Shown piece by piece: positions 21,745 through 34,287 of a stretch of DNA of 64,000 nt. Where the stretch lies: contig NIVC01003738.1 in the NCBI GenBank assembly GCA_002269645.1, positions 1 to 64,000 on the forward strand, in the 5' to 3' direction. How positions within the stretch are numbered: position 1 is the stretch's first letter; every line of letters begins with the position of its first letter. The translations under genes and the position numbers were made by a program. Below the pieces are notes generated by a model. The model had not been told where the DNA came from. It saw only the letters and a list, made by a program, of their open reading frames with translations, and ran no database searches. The DNA comes from Macrostomum lignano. Taxonomy: Eukaryota.

Positions 21745-22107
21745 TTTTATTAGAAACAGGGGCTGTGTGCACCCTGACGCACTTTAAGCCACATTGTCGC
21801 ACAACCGGAGAGAGGCATTGCTGCCCATTCCGCCGACTCAACTGAGTAGGTACACAAGCGCACGGATACGCAGTCATCCGCACAGGAACTCACACAGGAG
21901 TGCACAGCGGCCCTGACTTTATTTATCGTTAGACATGTACACTTCACTGTGCCTTGGGGGTTGGCCCTCAAGGCAGTTAATTGCACGAGCAGAGCCAAGC
22001 CGAGATTCCAATTCAATCCCAAATTAATGCAACTGCACTTGGAATCGAGCCTGGGTCGCTGGCACATCAGAGCGCCGCGCTAAACCACTAGGCGACAGAC
22101 CCCCTTC
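21745..22107 (-). mobile_element. tRNA-derived SINE, second family
   Basis: Minus-strand head GGGGGTCTGTCGCCTAGTGGTTTAGCGCGG..GGCTCGATTCC; a related copy lies at 55086-55330. Confidence 0.7.
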
Positions 22108-22849
22108 ATTTATACGTATTCTACAGATCTTTACCTTTTGTGTTTGTCAAGTTAATCTTATCAGAAATATTAAACTGTCGAGTCTTAAAATACCGCTGAC
22201 TTGTTTTCCAGTATGAAAAACAGATACGGCTGTAAAGGATTTTTTAGTTACATAAACACACATTGCACACTGTTTCACGAAGAAAATGAATGCCCAATGT
22301 ACGAATTTGTGCATAAAATACGGACTGCTCATAAAATGGTCAGGTGATCTGAAACGCAAGTCTCGAGGTCAATAAAAATCCATTAAAAGTCCATAACGGA
22401 GGTCGGAGGATGTGAGAAGTCAATAATATAGCATAATATATAATGCATATTTATTTTCTGGTTCATCCTCAAGTCCAGCTGCCATTATGGTAAGTTGATA
22501 AGCACTCCTATAAGCATGAAGGATTCGACTATCTTGAGTAATCTAAAACGATCAAAATGCCTTATAAACCTCTTTTATTCTCTGATTTCGCATGTGTCAG
22601 CCAATATGTCTGCTGTCTTTCGCGACTCATTTAGAACTGATTGATGAATGATGCTCTCAGGTGAGTGCATTTTGGTCCAGTTTGCTGTTCAGTGTTTCAG
22701 TATTATTTTATGGTTTCTGCTTGAGTTATTAGTCACTGCTGATTGTGAACGCATTCATGCTTGGATTTTTAACTATTTTGTTCCTATTTATAGCATTGAC
22801 TGTTGCGGAGTTCATATTGCATAAAAGCGTTATTTATTGTCTGTTTTAG

Positions 22850-23097
22850 ACTTGAGATTCGAGATTGAGATTGAGATTTGAAATTTGAGATATGAGCTTG
22901 AGATTAAGATTGAGATTTGAAATTTGAGATATGAGCTTGAGATTAAGATTGAGATTTGAGAATGAGATTTGAGATTTGAGATTGAGATTGAAATTTGATT
23001 GAGCTTTGAGATTGAGATTGAAATTTTAGATTTTAGATTGAAATTTGTGATTTGAGATTGTTATTGAGATTAGGATTTGAGATTGAGTTTGAGTTTA
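22850..23097. repeat. Degenerate (TTGAGA)n repeat
   Basis: GAGATT/GAGATTT units. Confidence 0.85.
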
Positions 23098-25964
23098 GGG
23101 AATTGCTGAGATGTCAAGGCTGAGGTCAAAAGCTGATTTGACCAGGAAATTAAACAGAAATTTGAGCAGAGTTTTGAGCAGGGATTTGACCTCATGTAGT
23201 TTATTTAAAAAAATTATTCCACTCTTTGTTGGCTCCCCAACGTGGGGCGCTGATTGCTAGCTTGGGGCTATAGTTACTTACTCTGACAGTACTGACAGCA
23301 ATGGAGCCCGCTAGGAGCTAGGCAGACTGCCTTTATTACAAAATCTAATCACTAATCTAATCACTAATCAATCTAATCAATCAATCTAATCACTAATCTA
23401 ATTACTAATCAGAGTCCGCTTAGTCCGATTATTCCTAGAAAGTACTTCATGGTGTTCCGAATCCTCGAAGTACGAGCATGTACAGATGTACAAGCAAGTG
23501 TCAGTGACTTAGTCAACAAAATCACTCGGGGTCATAAAAAGCAGATTTATCAATCTTTATAAGCCTTGTGTACGAGTCCTACAGTTGCCATCTGAGACAA
23601 AAACATTGCTCCATCTGGAAAATAAATCATGGTCAAAGCCAGAAATAGAGCTAGATCAATGTGATTTCTATTCAAAGCCAAATTTCCTGCTCTTGGTAAT
23701 AACATCAAGCTAAGTTAAGGGGTCTCTTGAGAAACTGCTGAGACCAGTAACTCTATCTGTCTGTAGCTCAGCACATCAACTTGAGTTGTTTGAATCGCCC
23801 AATTGCAGAACTTCCAACGGTTTTTTCTGTCAGTCGGTCTACTGGTATCAGCTTTGCAGTGAGTAGCGCGAATGCCATCTAGTTTCTAGACACGCAGACA
23901 CTAGGACAGAAAGACAGACACACAGACACTAAGACAGACAGACAGACACTAGGACACTAAGACAGACAGACACTCAGACACTAAGACACGCAGACACTAA
24001 GACAGACAGACAGACACTAGGACACTAAGACAGACAGACACGCAGACACTAGGACAGAAAGACAGACACACAGACACTAAGACAGACAGACAGACACTAG
24101 GACACTAAGACAGACAGACACTCAGACACTAAGACACGCAGACACTACACAAGACACTAAGACACGCAGACACTAAGACACGCAGACACTAAGACACGCA
24201 GACACTAAGACACGCAGACACTAAGACACGCAGACACTAAGACACGCAGACACTAAGACACGCAGACACTAAGACACGCAGACACTAAGACACGCAGACA
24301 CTAAGACACGCAGACACTAAGACACGCAGACACTAAGACACGCAGACACTAAGACACGCAGACACTAAGACACGCAGACACTAAGACACGCAGACACTAA
24401 GACACGCAGACACTAAGACACCCAGACACGCAGACACTACACAAGACACTAAGACACCCAGACACGCAGACACTACACAAGGCACTAAGACACCCAGACA
24501 CTAAGACACTCAGACACGCAGACACTACACAAGACACTAAGACACCCAGACACTAAGACACTCAGACACGCAGACACTACACAAGACACTAAGACACGCA
24601 GACACTAAGACACGCAGACACGCAGACACTACACAAGACACTAAGACACCCAGACACGCAGACACTACACAAGACACTAAGACACTCAGACACGCAGACA
24701 CTACACAAGACACTAAGACACTAAGACACGCAGACACTACACAAGACACTAAGACACTAAGACACGCAGACACTACACAAGACACTAAGACACTAAGACA
24801 CCCAGACACTAAGACACCCAGACACGCAGACACTACACAAGACACTAAGACACTCAGACACGCAGACACTACACAAGACACTAAGACACGCAGACACTAC
24901 ACAAGACACCCAGACACTAAGACACCCAGACACGCAGACACTACACAAGACACTAAGACACTCAGACACGCAGACACTACACAAGACACTAAGACACCCA
25001 GACACTAAGACACTCAGACACGCAGACACTACACAAGACACTAAGACACGCAGACACTAAGACACCCAGACACGCAGACACTACACAAGACACTAAGACA
25101 CCCAGACACTAAGACACTCAGACACGCAGACACTACACAAGACACTAAGACACCCAGACACTAAGACACTCAGACACGCAGACACTACACAAGACACTAA
25201 GACACGCAGACACTAAGACACTAAGACACGCAGACACTACACAAGACACTAAGACACCCAGACACGCAGACACTACACAAGACACTAAGACACTCAGACA
25301 CGCAGACACTACACAAGACACTAAGACACTAAGACACGCAGACACTACACAAGACACTAAGACACTAAGACACGCAGACACTACACAAGACACTAAGACA
25401 CTAAGACACCCAGACACTAAGACACCCAGACACGCAGACACTACACAAGACACTAAGACACTCAGACACGCAGACACTACACAAGACACCCAGACACTAA
25501 GACACCCAGACACGCAGACACTACACAAGACACTAAGACACTCAGACACGCAGACACTACACAAGACACTAAGACACGCAGACACTACACAAGACACTAA
25601 GACACTAAGACACGCAGACACTACACAAGACACTAAGACACTCAGACACGCAGACACTACACAAGACACTAAGACACCCAGACACTACACAAGACACTAA
25701 GACACTAAGACACGCAGACACTACACAAGACACTAAGACACTAAGACACGCAGACACTACACAAGACACTGTAGTCTGGCTTGTTGGTGCGCGTGCACTT
25801 AGATGTGCACGTCTGGCTGGTTTGGGGGTTGGGGTTTAGCGCTGCGGCGTGTGCGTGCTTAGGGTGGTTACACCCACCCCAACTTTGGCAATAAATATAT
25901 TGGCGTGAGCCAGTGAGGTCTCCTCACGTTTTGATTCTCTGCAATTCAACCCACGGTCTTACAC

Positions 25965-26026
25965 TGGTGGCAGCGGTGGGATCCGAACCCACGCCCTTTC
26001 GGACTGGTGCCTCAAACCAGTGCCTT
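25965..26026 (-). other. Extended primer-binding site: 3' ~62 nt of tRNA-Leu including CCA
   Basis: Minus strand reads AAGGCA CTGGT TTGAGGC ACCAG TCCGAAAGGGC GTGGG TTCGGAT CCCAC CGCTGCCA CCA. Confidence 0.85.
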
Positions 26027-26033
26027 TTGAGAA

Positions 26034-29000
26034 ATGTCCGCCATTTCTCAATTTTTTTGCTCAGCCGCCGTCATGAGTGGCAGCCCAAAGCGACTAAACG
26101 TGCGCCAACTCAAGGCTGAGCTGCGAAACAGAGGCCTGCCTACTACGGGCCGCAAACAACAGCTTGCCAAGCGCTTGTCTACTGCACTTGGTTTAGAGCA
26201 AGCTGACGAAGACTTCAACAACCCCGAGATGACTTCTGCTCCGGACGCCGAAGACGGCATCGGCAGCGCGGGCGAGGCGCCTCCGGGGGCGGGGAGCGAC
26301 CGGCTGGCTGCGCTGCGGCAGGAGGTGGAGCTGCTCGAACTGCAAGTCCTGGAAGGCCGTCGTCGTGATCTTCAGCAACGGCTTCACACTCAGCAGCGCT
26401 TGACGGCTCAGCCCCAGCCAGCATCATCATCAGGTGAGCATAACGCACATGCCAGTCTGCAGTTGCCCGAGGTTTTTGAATCTGGGATGAGGGAGGCGGC
26501 TCAGCTTCAGGCCGCTAATTGCCAGGCTCCGACTCGCAAGTTGCGGAAGGTCGCAACTCGCAAGGTGGCGGAGGAGGACCGGTACAAGACGGCTTTCTAT
26601 TCGACGCGCGGCCTGATGCAATTCTGCAAGATGGGCTTCGGGATGTGCAATGCCCCGGCGACGTTCCAGCGGCTCATGGAGCTGGTGATGTCCGGCCTGT
26701 CCTGGGAGTCCGTGCTGACTTATATCGACGACATCATTGTCTTCATCAGGACGTTCGACGAGCACTTAGAGAGGCTGGCGGAAGTTTTTAAGCGGCTGCG
26801 AGACGCGGGACTCAAGCTGCACAAGGCCAAGAGCGCGTTCGGCCATCGCCGGGTGCTGTACCTGGGACACCTGATCAGCGAGCAGGGCATCGCACCGGAT
26901 CCCGGCAAGGTCGAGGCCATTCGCAGCATGCCCAGCCCAACGACGAACGAGGAGGTGAAGCGGTTTCTTGGAATGCTGGGTTTCTACCGCCGGTTCATCC
27001 AGGCTTCAGCCAGACGGCGAGGGTCCTGCACGACGTCAGCGTGAAATCGAGGGACTTCGCGTGGAGCAGCGACTGCGAGCGAGCGTTCGCGAGTTGAAGG
27101 ACCGGCTGACGACAGCTCCGGTGCTGAGGCTGCCAGATTTCACCAAGCAGTTTGTGCTCAGCTGCGACAGCAGTCAGTTCGCCGTCGGCGCGGTGCTCAG
27201 CCAGCTGCACGGTGACGCCGAGCTGCCTGTGGCGTTCGCCTCTCGCACCCTCAACAAGGCCGAGCGCAACTACTCGGCGACCGACCGCGAGCTGCTGGCG
27301 CTTGTCTGGAGTTTGAAGCACTTCAGGACGTACCTGCTGAGTGTTCCGAGCTTTAGAGTCTACTCGGACCACCGGCCACTGCAAGGTCTGCTGGCAACGA
27401 AGGACCCGAAGGTCGGCTGGCGCGATGGCTTTCTACGCTGCAGCAGTTTTCGTTCGAGCTGCTGTACCGGCCTGGCATGGACAACGTCGTGCCGGATGCG
27501 CTGAGCCGGGTGGCCGGCACGCGCCTGCAGCCTCGGTGGGACGACAGCCGCCTGCACGAGGAGCAACTGCAAGATCCGCTGCTGAGCAAGGCGTTCCAGG
27601 CGCTGACCGAAGGGATTGACAGCCTGTCCGATTCATGGGCGGCGCAGGTTCGCGAGCTGCTGGACGAGGCCTCGGTGAGCTCGGCGGGAGTCCTGCTGGT
27701 CGGTGGCCGGCCAGTCATTCCCGGTCACCTGCGGCCACATTTCCTGCAGCAGGCGCACTCGTGTGACCAGAGCGGACACCTCGGCGTCGACAAGACCGGA
27801 GCGAGATTGTCTGAGCGCTGCTGGTGGCCTGGTCTGCGACGGGACGTCGAGAACTGGGTGGCCAGCTGTGCGGTCTGCCTGGCCAAGAAGAGTCCAACCA
27901 AGCCGCAGAAGGCGCCGCTACAGTCGACGTGCCAGCCGACGGCTCCGTGGCAGCTGGTGCAGATCGACATCAAAGGGCCGCTTCCGCGTACGACTGATGG
28001 CAAGGCGTACATCCTGAGCATGTGCGACGCCTTCTCCAAGTGGATGGAGACGGCAGCCCTGGCGGCGATCGACGCGGTTACGGTGGCGGATGCGCTGCTC
28101 AAGTCGGTGGTTCTGCGTCACGGCGCTCCTCAGGTGCTGCACAGTGACCAGGGACGGCAATTCGAGAGCGAGGTGTTCGGCCGGCTCTGCGAGAAGCTGG
28201 GCGTCGAAAAGACGCGCACGTCGCCGTTTCATCCGAGCGGCAACGGAATCGTCGAGCGAGGCAACCGGACGCTCGGCGATATGCTGGCGACGACGGTGGC
28301 CGAGAACCAGCAGGATTGGGACAGCAAGCTGCCATATGTGACCTGGGCCTACAACACCTCCGTGCACAGCACCATCGGCCTCAGTCCGTACCAGGTCCTC
28401 CACGGCTGGCCACCGAGGCTGGATCTCGACAGCTGGCTGATAAGCGGCGACCGGCCGGCAGCCGACGGTGGACATCACGGCTTCCTGCGGCGGACTCAGG
28501 AGAACCTGCAGAGCGCCTTCGACACGGTGCACGGCCGACTGCGGAGCGCCCAGGCCGAGCGCAACCGGCTGGCCAACCAGGACTCTCGGTTTGTGCCGTT
28601 CGAAGAGGGCCAGCTCGTGATGCTGCGCAACTCCGTCGTCAAGCGCGGCCAGACGCGGTGTTTGAGCGCCAAGTGGAAGGGGCCGTACCGAGTCCTGAGG
28701 CGCCTGGGCGAGGTCAATTACCGCATCCAGGACGAGACCGGCCGCAGGCGCCGGCTGGTGGTGCACCACGACCGCCTCAAGTGCTTCGTGCAGCGGCGGG
28801 CGTCACTGGAGCTTCCGGCCGCAGCAGACCACCAGCCGCCGGCCGCCGACTTCGACAACGACGGCACCGTCGCTGAGCCGCCCGGGCAGGCGGCCGATCC
28901 TGGCGGCGACGCGGTGACCTTCTGGCCCGAGCTGCAGGCAGACGAGGCACCCGAGGAGCAGCCGGCGGCACCGGCCGAGCCGGTCACGGTTCCGCGGCGG

Positions 29001-29051
29001 TCGGCGAGAGAGCGGCGGCCACCTGACTTGTACATGGCGGGCTTTGCTTGA
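26034..29051 (+). pseudogene. Gypsy polyprotein remnant: SAP domain, partial RT, RNase H, integrase; two frameshifts
   Basis: SAP LNVRQLKAELRNRGLPTTGRKQQLAKRL; RT KTAF..FGMCNAPATFQR..YIDD; RNase H CDSSQFAVGAVL; integrase H-H-C-C, QIDIKGP, HSDQG, VERGNRT. Confidence 0.92.
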
Positions 29052-29947
29052 CTCTGGAACTGTCTTTTGCTTCTAGGGGGAAAGTAGTGTAGTCTGGCTT
29101 GTTGGTGCGCGTGCACTTAGATGTGCACGTCTGGCTGGTTTGGGGGTTGGGGTTTAGCGCTGCGGCGTGTGCGTGCTTAGGGTGGTTACACCCACCCCAA
29201 CTTTGGCAATAAATATATTGGCGTGAGCCAGTGAGGTCTCCTCACGTTTTGATTCTCTGCAATTCAACCCACGGTCTTACAACACTAAGACACTAAGACA
29301 CGCAGACACTACACAAGACACTAAGACACTCAGACACGCAGACACTACACAAGACACTAAGACACCCAGACACTACACAAGACACTAAGACACTAAGACA
29401 CGCAGACACTACACAAGGCACTAAGACACCCAGACACTAAGACACTAAGACACTAAGACACGCAGACACTACACAAGACACTAAGACACTAAGACACGCA
29501 GACACTACACAAGACACTAAGACACCCAGACACTACACAAGACACTAAGACACTAAGACACGCAGACACTACACAAGACACTAAGACACCCAGACACTAA
29601 GACACTAAGACACTAAGACACGCAGACACTACACAAGACACTAAGACACCCAGACACTAAGACACTAAGACACTAAGACACGCAGACACTACACAAGATA
29701 CTATGACACCCAGACACTAAGACACTCAGACACTAAGACACGCAGACACGCAGACACTACACAAGACACTAAGACACCCAGACACTACACAAGACACTAA
29801 GACACTAAGACACGCAGACACTACACAAGACACTAAGACACTAAGACACTAAGACACTAAGACACGCAGACACTACACAAGACACTAAGACAGGCGCTAC
29901 CAAAGCAGCAGTAATTTGAACTCAAAACTGAACAAAATTTCAATCAG

Positions 29948-31089
29948 AATCGAAGCCGCCAATCACTACTGCGCGAACCAGCTGACGCTAAAAATCAGTC
30001 TGGACGATTTCTATCACCGAGACGAGATTTTGATTCCGCAACTGGCGCACGAGACTGAGGTCAGTCAGGCACGACATCGCAAGTGCAGGTGGATTGTAAG
30101 CTTCAACACCGGCAGCAAATGCACGCAGATTGTACTGGCTGGGTTGCCAGCTCGGGAGAACTCCAGTTTCAGTTCGACTGACAGTCGTTTAAGATTCACC
30201 TCGATGTCGAATGCAATAACGACCGTCTTACCTGGAATATTCCACGTCGTCCCTTTGGAGAGCAAGTACGTTACCTGAAGTCAGTGCTTGTCGCTTTATT
30301 ATCATTATTTCGCCCAACACAAGTGAAATGGGAAGTTTGCAATAAAGACCCCCTGCAAGGAGGCGGCCTCTCCTGCGTGCGCCCTGCCCCGTGCTCTGTG
30401 CTGATTGGCTGCGGCCAGCCCGTCTGTGACACGAAGGCTGCGCCCTGCCCCGGGCGGGGTTCTGATTGGCTGGCCTTACGCTCGTATGCGCAAGTTGGCG
30501 GGCTTCGCCGATGGGGCCACCTACGCCCCCCCCCCCCATTGTAAGGGTTTTCTTTATTATTTATTACTTTTTCGCTTCCTGGTGGGTCTTGGTTCCATGG
30601 CGACAGTAGCTGACTTTGGAGGTCAGGTAAGCAGCCTATTCAGCTGTGTACAAACCGAGGCCAACTCTGCTTAACGTGCAGCGTTAGCGGCACTTCGACT
30701 TAATTTAATTTACACGTACAAAATAAAAATAAATAAACTGATTTCAGTAAAAAAGCATGAGGTGTTCTTAGCTTTAAATCTAAGTTCCTAGGTTACACAC
30801 CGTTTGCAGCAAAATCTTTCTAGTGGAGGCCAGCTGGGATCCGCGGACTGATGGCCAAAACGCGGCAAAGTTGAGATTTCTGCTGCCACTTCCCAGCATC
30901 TGCAGCCGCGACATGCTGAGCTACCGGAACAGCTGCTTTGCTGTTGACTCACTTCAGCAGAGCTTGACAGATGCGCTGTCCAGCATCAGGGGTGACGCTC
31001 AACTAGCCAGCTTCACCAGTTGGTCCGAGATAGAGGAGTTCATTGCATCCAGTGAGTGTTTTTCACATGTAGATAGGTAGGTAGATAGG

Positions 31090-31123
<34 letters not shown>

Positions 31124-31926
31124 TATCTATATATATATCTATATCTATCTATCTATATACATACATATATATAGATAGGTTGTGAATTGCAGCCTGCGTC
31201 TTTGCGAGTCCAATTCAGCTCTGGTGGCTCTCGCGCATGGAAAACTGAGGTAGAAGGACTCTACATAAGAATACAACAGCGATAATGGAATTACCCTGGT
31301 TTTTAGCAGAGCAAGCATGTATTTTGTTTGTTGGATAGGACTAAGTGACTACACTGGGGAGATATGAACTCCTGAAAAATATGCTGGATGGCGGAAAGTT
31401 GATAACTCGAAGCTCTAGACAGAGAGGTATTGTGAACTGGTGTTAAAAATAGAAATATAGGCTTCCAGTGAAATTTGCACGACTTGCGAGTGCAAAAGCC
31501 CTTCTGCTTGAGTTGCTCATGCTCTTAACAATGATCTTTATAGTAAGTCCCCAAATAGCTGACCCTCTTTCACACAGAAAGTCGCATCAACATTGCAGTA
31601 AGATCGCGAATGCCTTTGACGGCAATTGTGTTTCGTTAAGAGCCGACTCAAACGGACCTGTTATTACATTTCTTAACTGCAACATCCCGATGCTGTCGCT
31701 AGTCAGCTTCCCAGAGACTCATTCCGGTCTCAGCCACTTGGATTGCAATCTACCAGGCAGATTGTCTGACTTGTTCTCCGCAAATGAGGCTGTGAACCAG
31801 GTGAAAGCGGATGGTTCAATGAAGTTGCAGAGTGACGAAGACGAGCGTGTGCCACCAGGAGTATCAAGTTTCGAGCTCAATGCAGATAAGATAGTGACTG
31901 AAAGTCAACCTTCAGCCAGCAATTAG
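29948..31926 (+). CDS. L-A: multi-exon CUB-like/C-type-lectin-like gene (partial model)
   Basis: Exons 29948-30265, 30810-31051 and a last exon from ~31578. CRWIV CUB-like strand; C..MLSYRNSCFAV..AQLASFTSWSEI CTLD-like start; GNCVSL..FLNC. Paralogue at 52486. Confidence 0.55.
31075..31160. repeat. (AGAT)n/(ATCT)n compound microsatellite
   Basis: Direct reading. Confidence 0.9.
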
Positions 31927-34116
31927 AAGGTTCCCTTTGCCATACCGGTCATTGCGGCAATACTTTTCGTTTTTACTTTGGTTTTACTTTATACAACCTT
32001 TTACTTTCTGAACTATTTCTACTGTCAATCGTATTCAAGTACCGCCTCTGCATAGGTAATTCTGCAAACTTAGTTATTTGATTTAGATAAAACTCAAAAG
32101 AGACGCTACTTCAGATTAATACGAGTAAGTAGACAACGCGATAGCTCGCACAATACAACAAGCTGGAAAGCACTCAAAAGTCGTACCTGGGATACCTGGT
32201 AAAAGGCTAAAATGATTTATTTTTTAACGTGTTGATTTTTAATTTTGTATATACAGAATATACCTGTAAAGGCAGTTGTTAATTATCAATATTTTTTCAC
32301 TGAACACACAACTTCAATTCACTTTTACAGCGTAAACTAGTTCACTTTTCTTTTGCATTATGCTCGTATGTGTTCCTTATTACCAGTCCTCAGCTGTAAC
32401 CAAGGAACAATCACTTCTAGCTCGGTAGCTAGGCAACCCAGTAAGCCAACAGAAGGTATACAATTACCTTGAGTCCTTATGAGATATCTCTTCAATGTAG
32501 ATCTCGTCTGTAGTCTCAGTTGATCTGATAGATCAGGCGCCTTGGTTCTTCAGTTGCTCTGGTCCTGGTTCCTCTTGTACTTCCGATGAAGTTGTTCCGG
32601 CCGGTATCTGCAGTCAGGACCGATCAGAGGCCTCGTATTAACAATGGGTACCCTGCGCCGAACTGCGGTTTGAATTAAGCCTCCTTCTTCTAGCAGTGCT
32701 TTTATGCACTCTAGGTATAGCTCCGGAAACCACTGATAGTCTTCTAAGATCTATCAGGGGCAGTCCTTCTGGAGACTGCAACCAGTAGAGTCTAAACAGA
32801 CTCAAGAGTCTCAACAGACTCACAATAAACTCAAGTCACACTAGACTTGAGCGAGACGTCTCTAACACAACGGGCGCAAATAAGGAAGGCTTAGCGCAAC
32901 AACTCGACCGAGTCTCGATTGACTGGGTGATCAGGAAGTCCTCCTAAGACTTCCTCTTTGGAGCTTCTCCTATCGTCGGGAGTTGGCTCCTGGTCCACTT
33001 CGGACCGCTTGTATTTATAGGCGCATTTTCAGTCCAAAATAGCAACACTACAACTCACGTGTTGCGCTAAAAGGGGAACATGGCTCATTGCGTATTTTTC
33101 TGGTAACAACTTTTCTGGTAACGTGATTCATTTAAAATTTAGGTGCGCATGCGTGTACTTACTTACTTACAGTAGCATCCTACGGTTAACTTCTTTTACC
33201 TTTTTTTACGGGAGGTAGAACACTACAGTTTCAAAGCACTGAGAGAAACCGTACATTGCTACTGTCATTTCGTACTCACGGCCTGTTTACTATCGGGACC
33301 AGCATCTGCAGGCAGATGCCTGAACTAAACCAATTGAATAAAAATGATCTTGATTGCGCCGTGTCAGCTGCTTTGGCTATTGCAAAATGCGAAAGTCACA
33401 GAGTATTAAATAAGCCAAACTGATTGAAGTCAAATGTTCAAGAAAAAACATTCACATAAATATTTAAAATAGCCTTAAGTAAAAACAGTCCAATTTTCAG
33501 GGACATTAACTGTAGCAGCAGTTCAAGGCAATCGCCAGAGAGCGCCATTTGATGTAAACAAAGCAGGCAGTCATAAAATCTTCAAATCCAAGCTGCATCC
33601 ATCGCACACAGCATAAAATTTCTGTCAGAAAAGCAACATCGGTGAAAGTTTTCTTTACCTGAATATTCGACTTTAAATGAAGGATTTTTACAAATTGCTG
33701 CAGTTGCTGCTGCTCTGCAACACGAAATTTACCGCTGGCAGCCCAGACTGCTCCTCCACGAGTCAAGATGGTGAGGCAAGCGAATTTAGCTCGTAAAATG
33801 CATATCAACTCCAGCTTTATAAAATGATTGAAAAAAAGCAATATCTACTCTATTTTCAGTGACAGTGCAGCTGAGCAGGGCTGACGTTCTGCGCACCTGG
33901 CAACCCAGCGGTGCGCACTGCCGTTGGTGGGAGAGTCGGCAGTCAGAGACAAACCGATTTCCTGCTGCTGTGCGGTCCGGGCCTCGGTGGCTTGTGATGC
34001 AGCTGAGGCAGCCGATGATGCTGGAGGCGGTGAGCGTACGAGACTGGGGTGAGTGACGCTGACCGACTCATTCTCATGATGCATGATGAGGCATAGGGAG
34101 TCTGGGACACACAGCG

Positions 34117-34287
34117 TGAGACAGTGTGAGACCAGCTAGCATCTAATTAGCACTCTGAGACAGTGTGAGACCAGCTAGCATCTAATTAGCACTCTGAGAC
34201 AGTGTGAGACCAGCTAGCATCTAATTAGCACTCTGAGACAGTGTGAGACCAGCTAGCATCTAATTGGCACTCTGAGACAGTGTGAGA
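34117..34287. repeat. 39-bp repeat in R2, ~4 copies
   Basis: Same unit as 14764. Confidence 0.9.

Larger units (their letters stand above)
25770..29281 (+). mobile_element. Gypsy LTR retrotransposon, internally deleted, recent
   Basis: 194-bp TG..CA LTRs at 25770-25963 and 29088-29281, identical by eye; ACAC target-site duplication; PBS at 25965; polypurine tract AGGGGGAAAGTAG. Confidence 0.95.
23888..29892. repeat. AGACAC-based variant minisatellite (23888-25769 and 29282-29892) split by the Gypsy insertion
   Basis: Modules AGACAC+TA/GC/CC/TC/TACACA on both sides of the element. Confidence 0.95.

Noticed and set aside
23231-23249. tRNA-Lys PBS-like sequence TGGCTCCCCAACGTGGGGC
   Set aside because: Imperfect match, not preceded by an LTR-ending CA, no retroelement ORF downstream.
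25965-26026. Functional tRNA-Leu gene
   Set aside because: Lacks the 5' acceptor strand, D arm and A box; includes CCA and sits 1 nt from the LTR, so it is a PBS derivative.
27341-29116. Many overlapping and antisense ORFs in the Gypsy pol region (and inside BEL and piggyBac)
   Set aside because: Shadows of GC-rich coding sequence with no motifs.
30327-30590. GC-box/CCAAT-rich insert with weak terminal inverted similarity in an L-A intron (MITE or promoter?)
   Set aside because: Inverted repeats too degenerate and no TSD; cannot classify.
32395-33227. Possible solo LTR (TGTAAC..CTACA, minus-strand TATA at ~33012)
   Set aside because: No target-site duplication and no second copy in the window.
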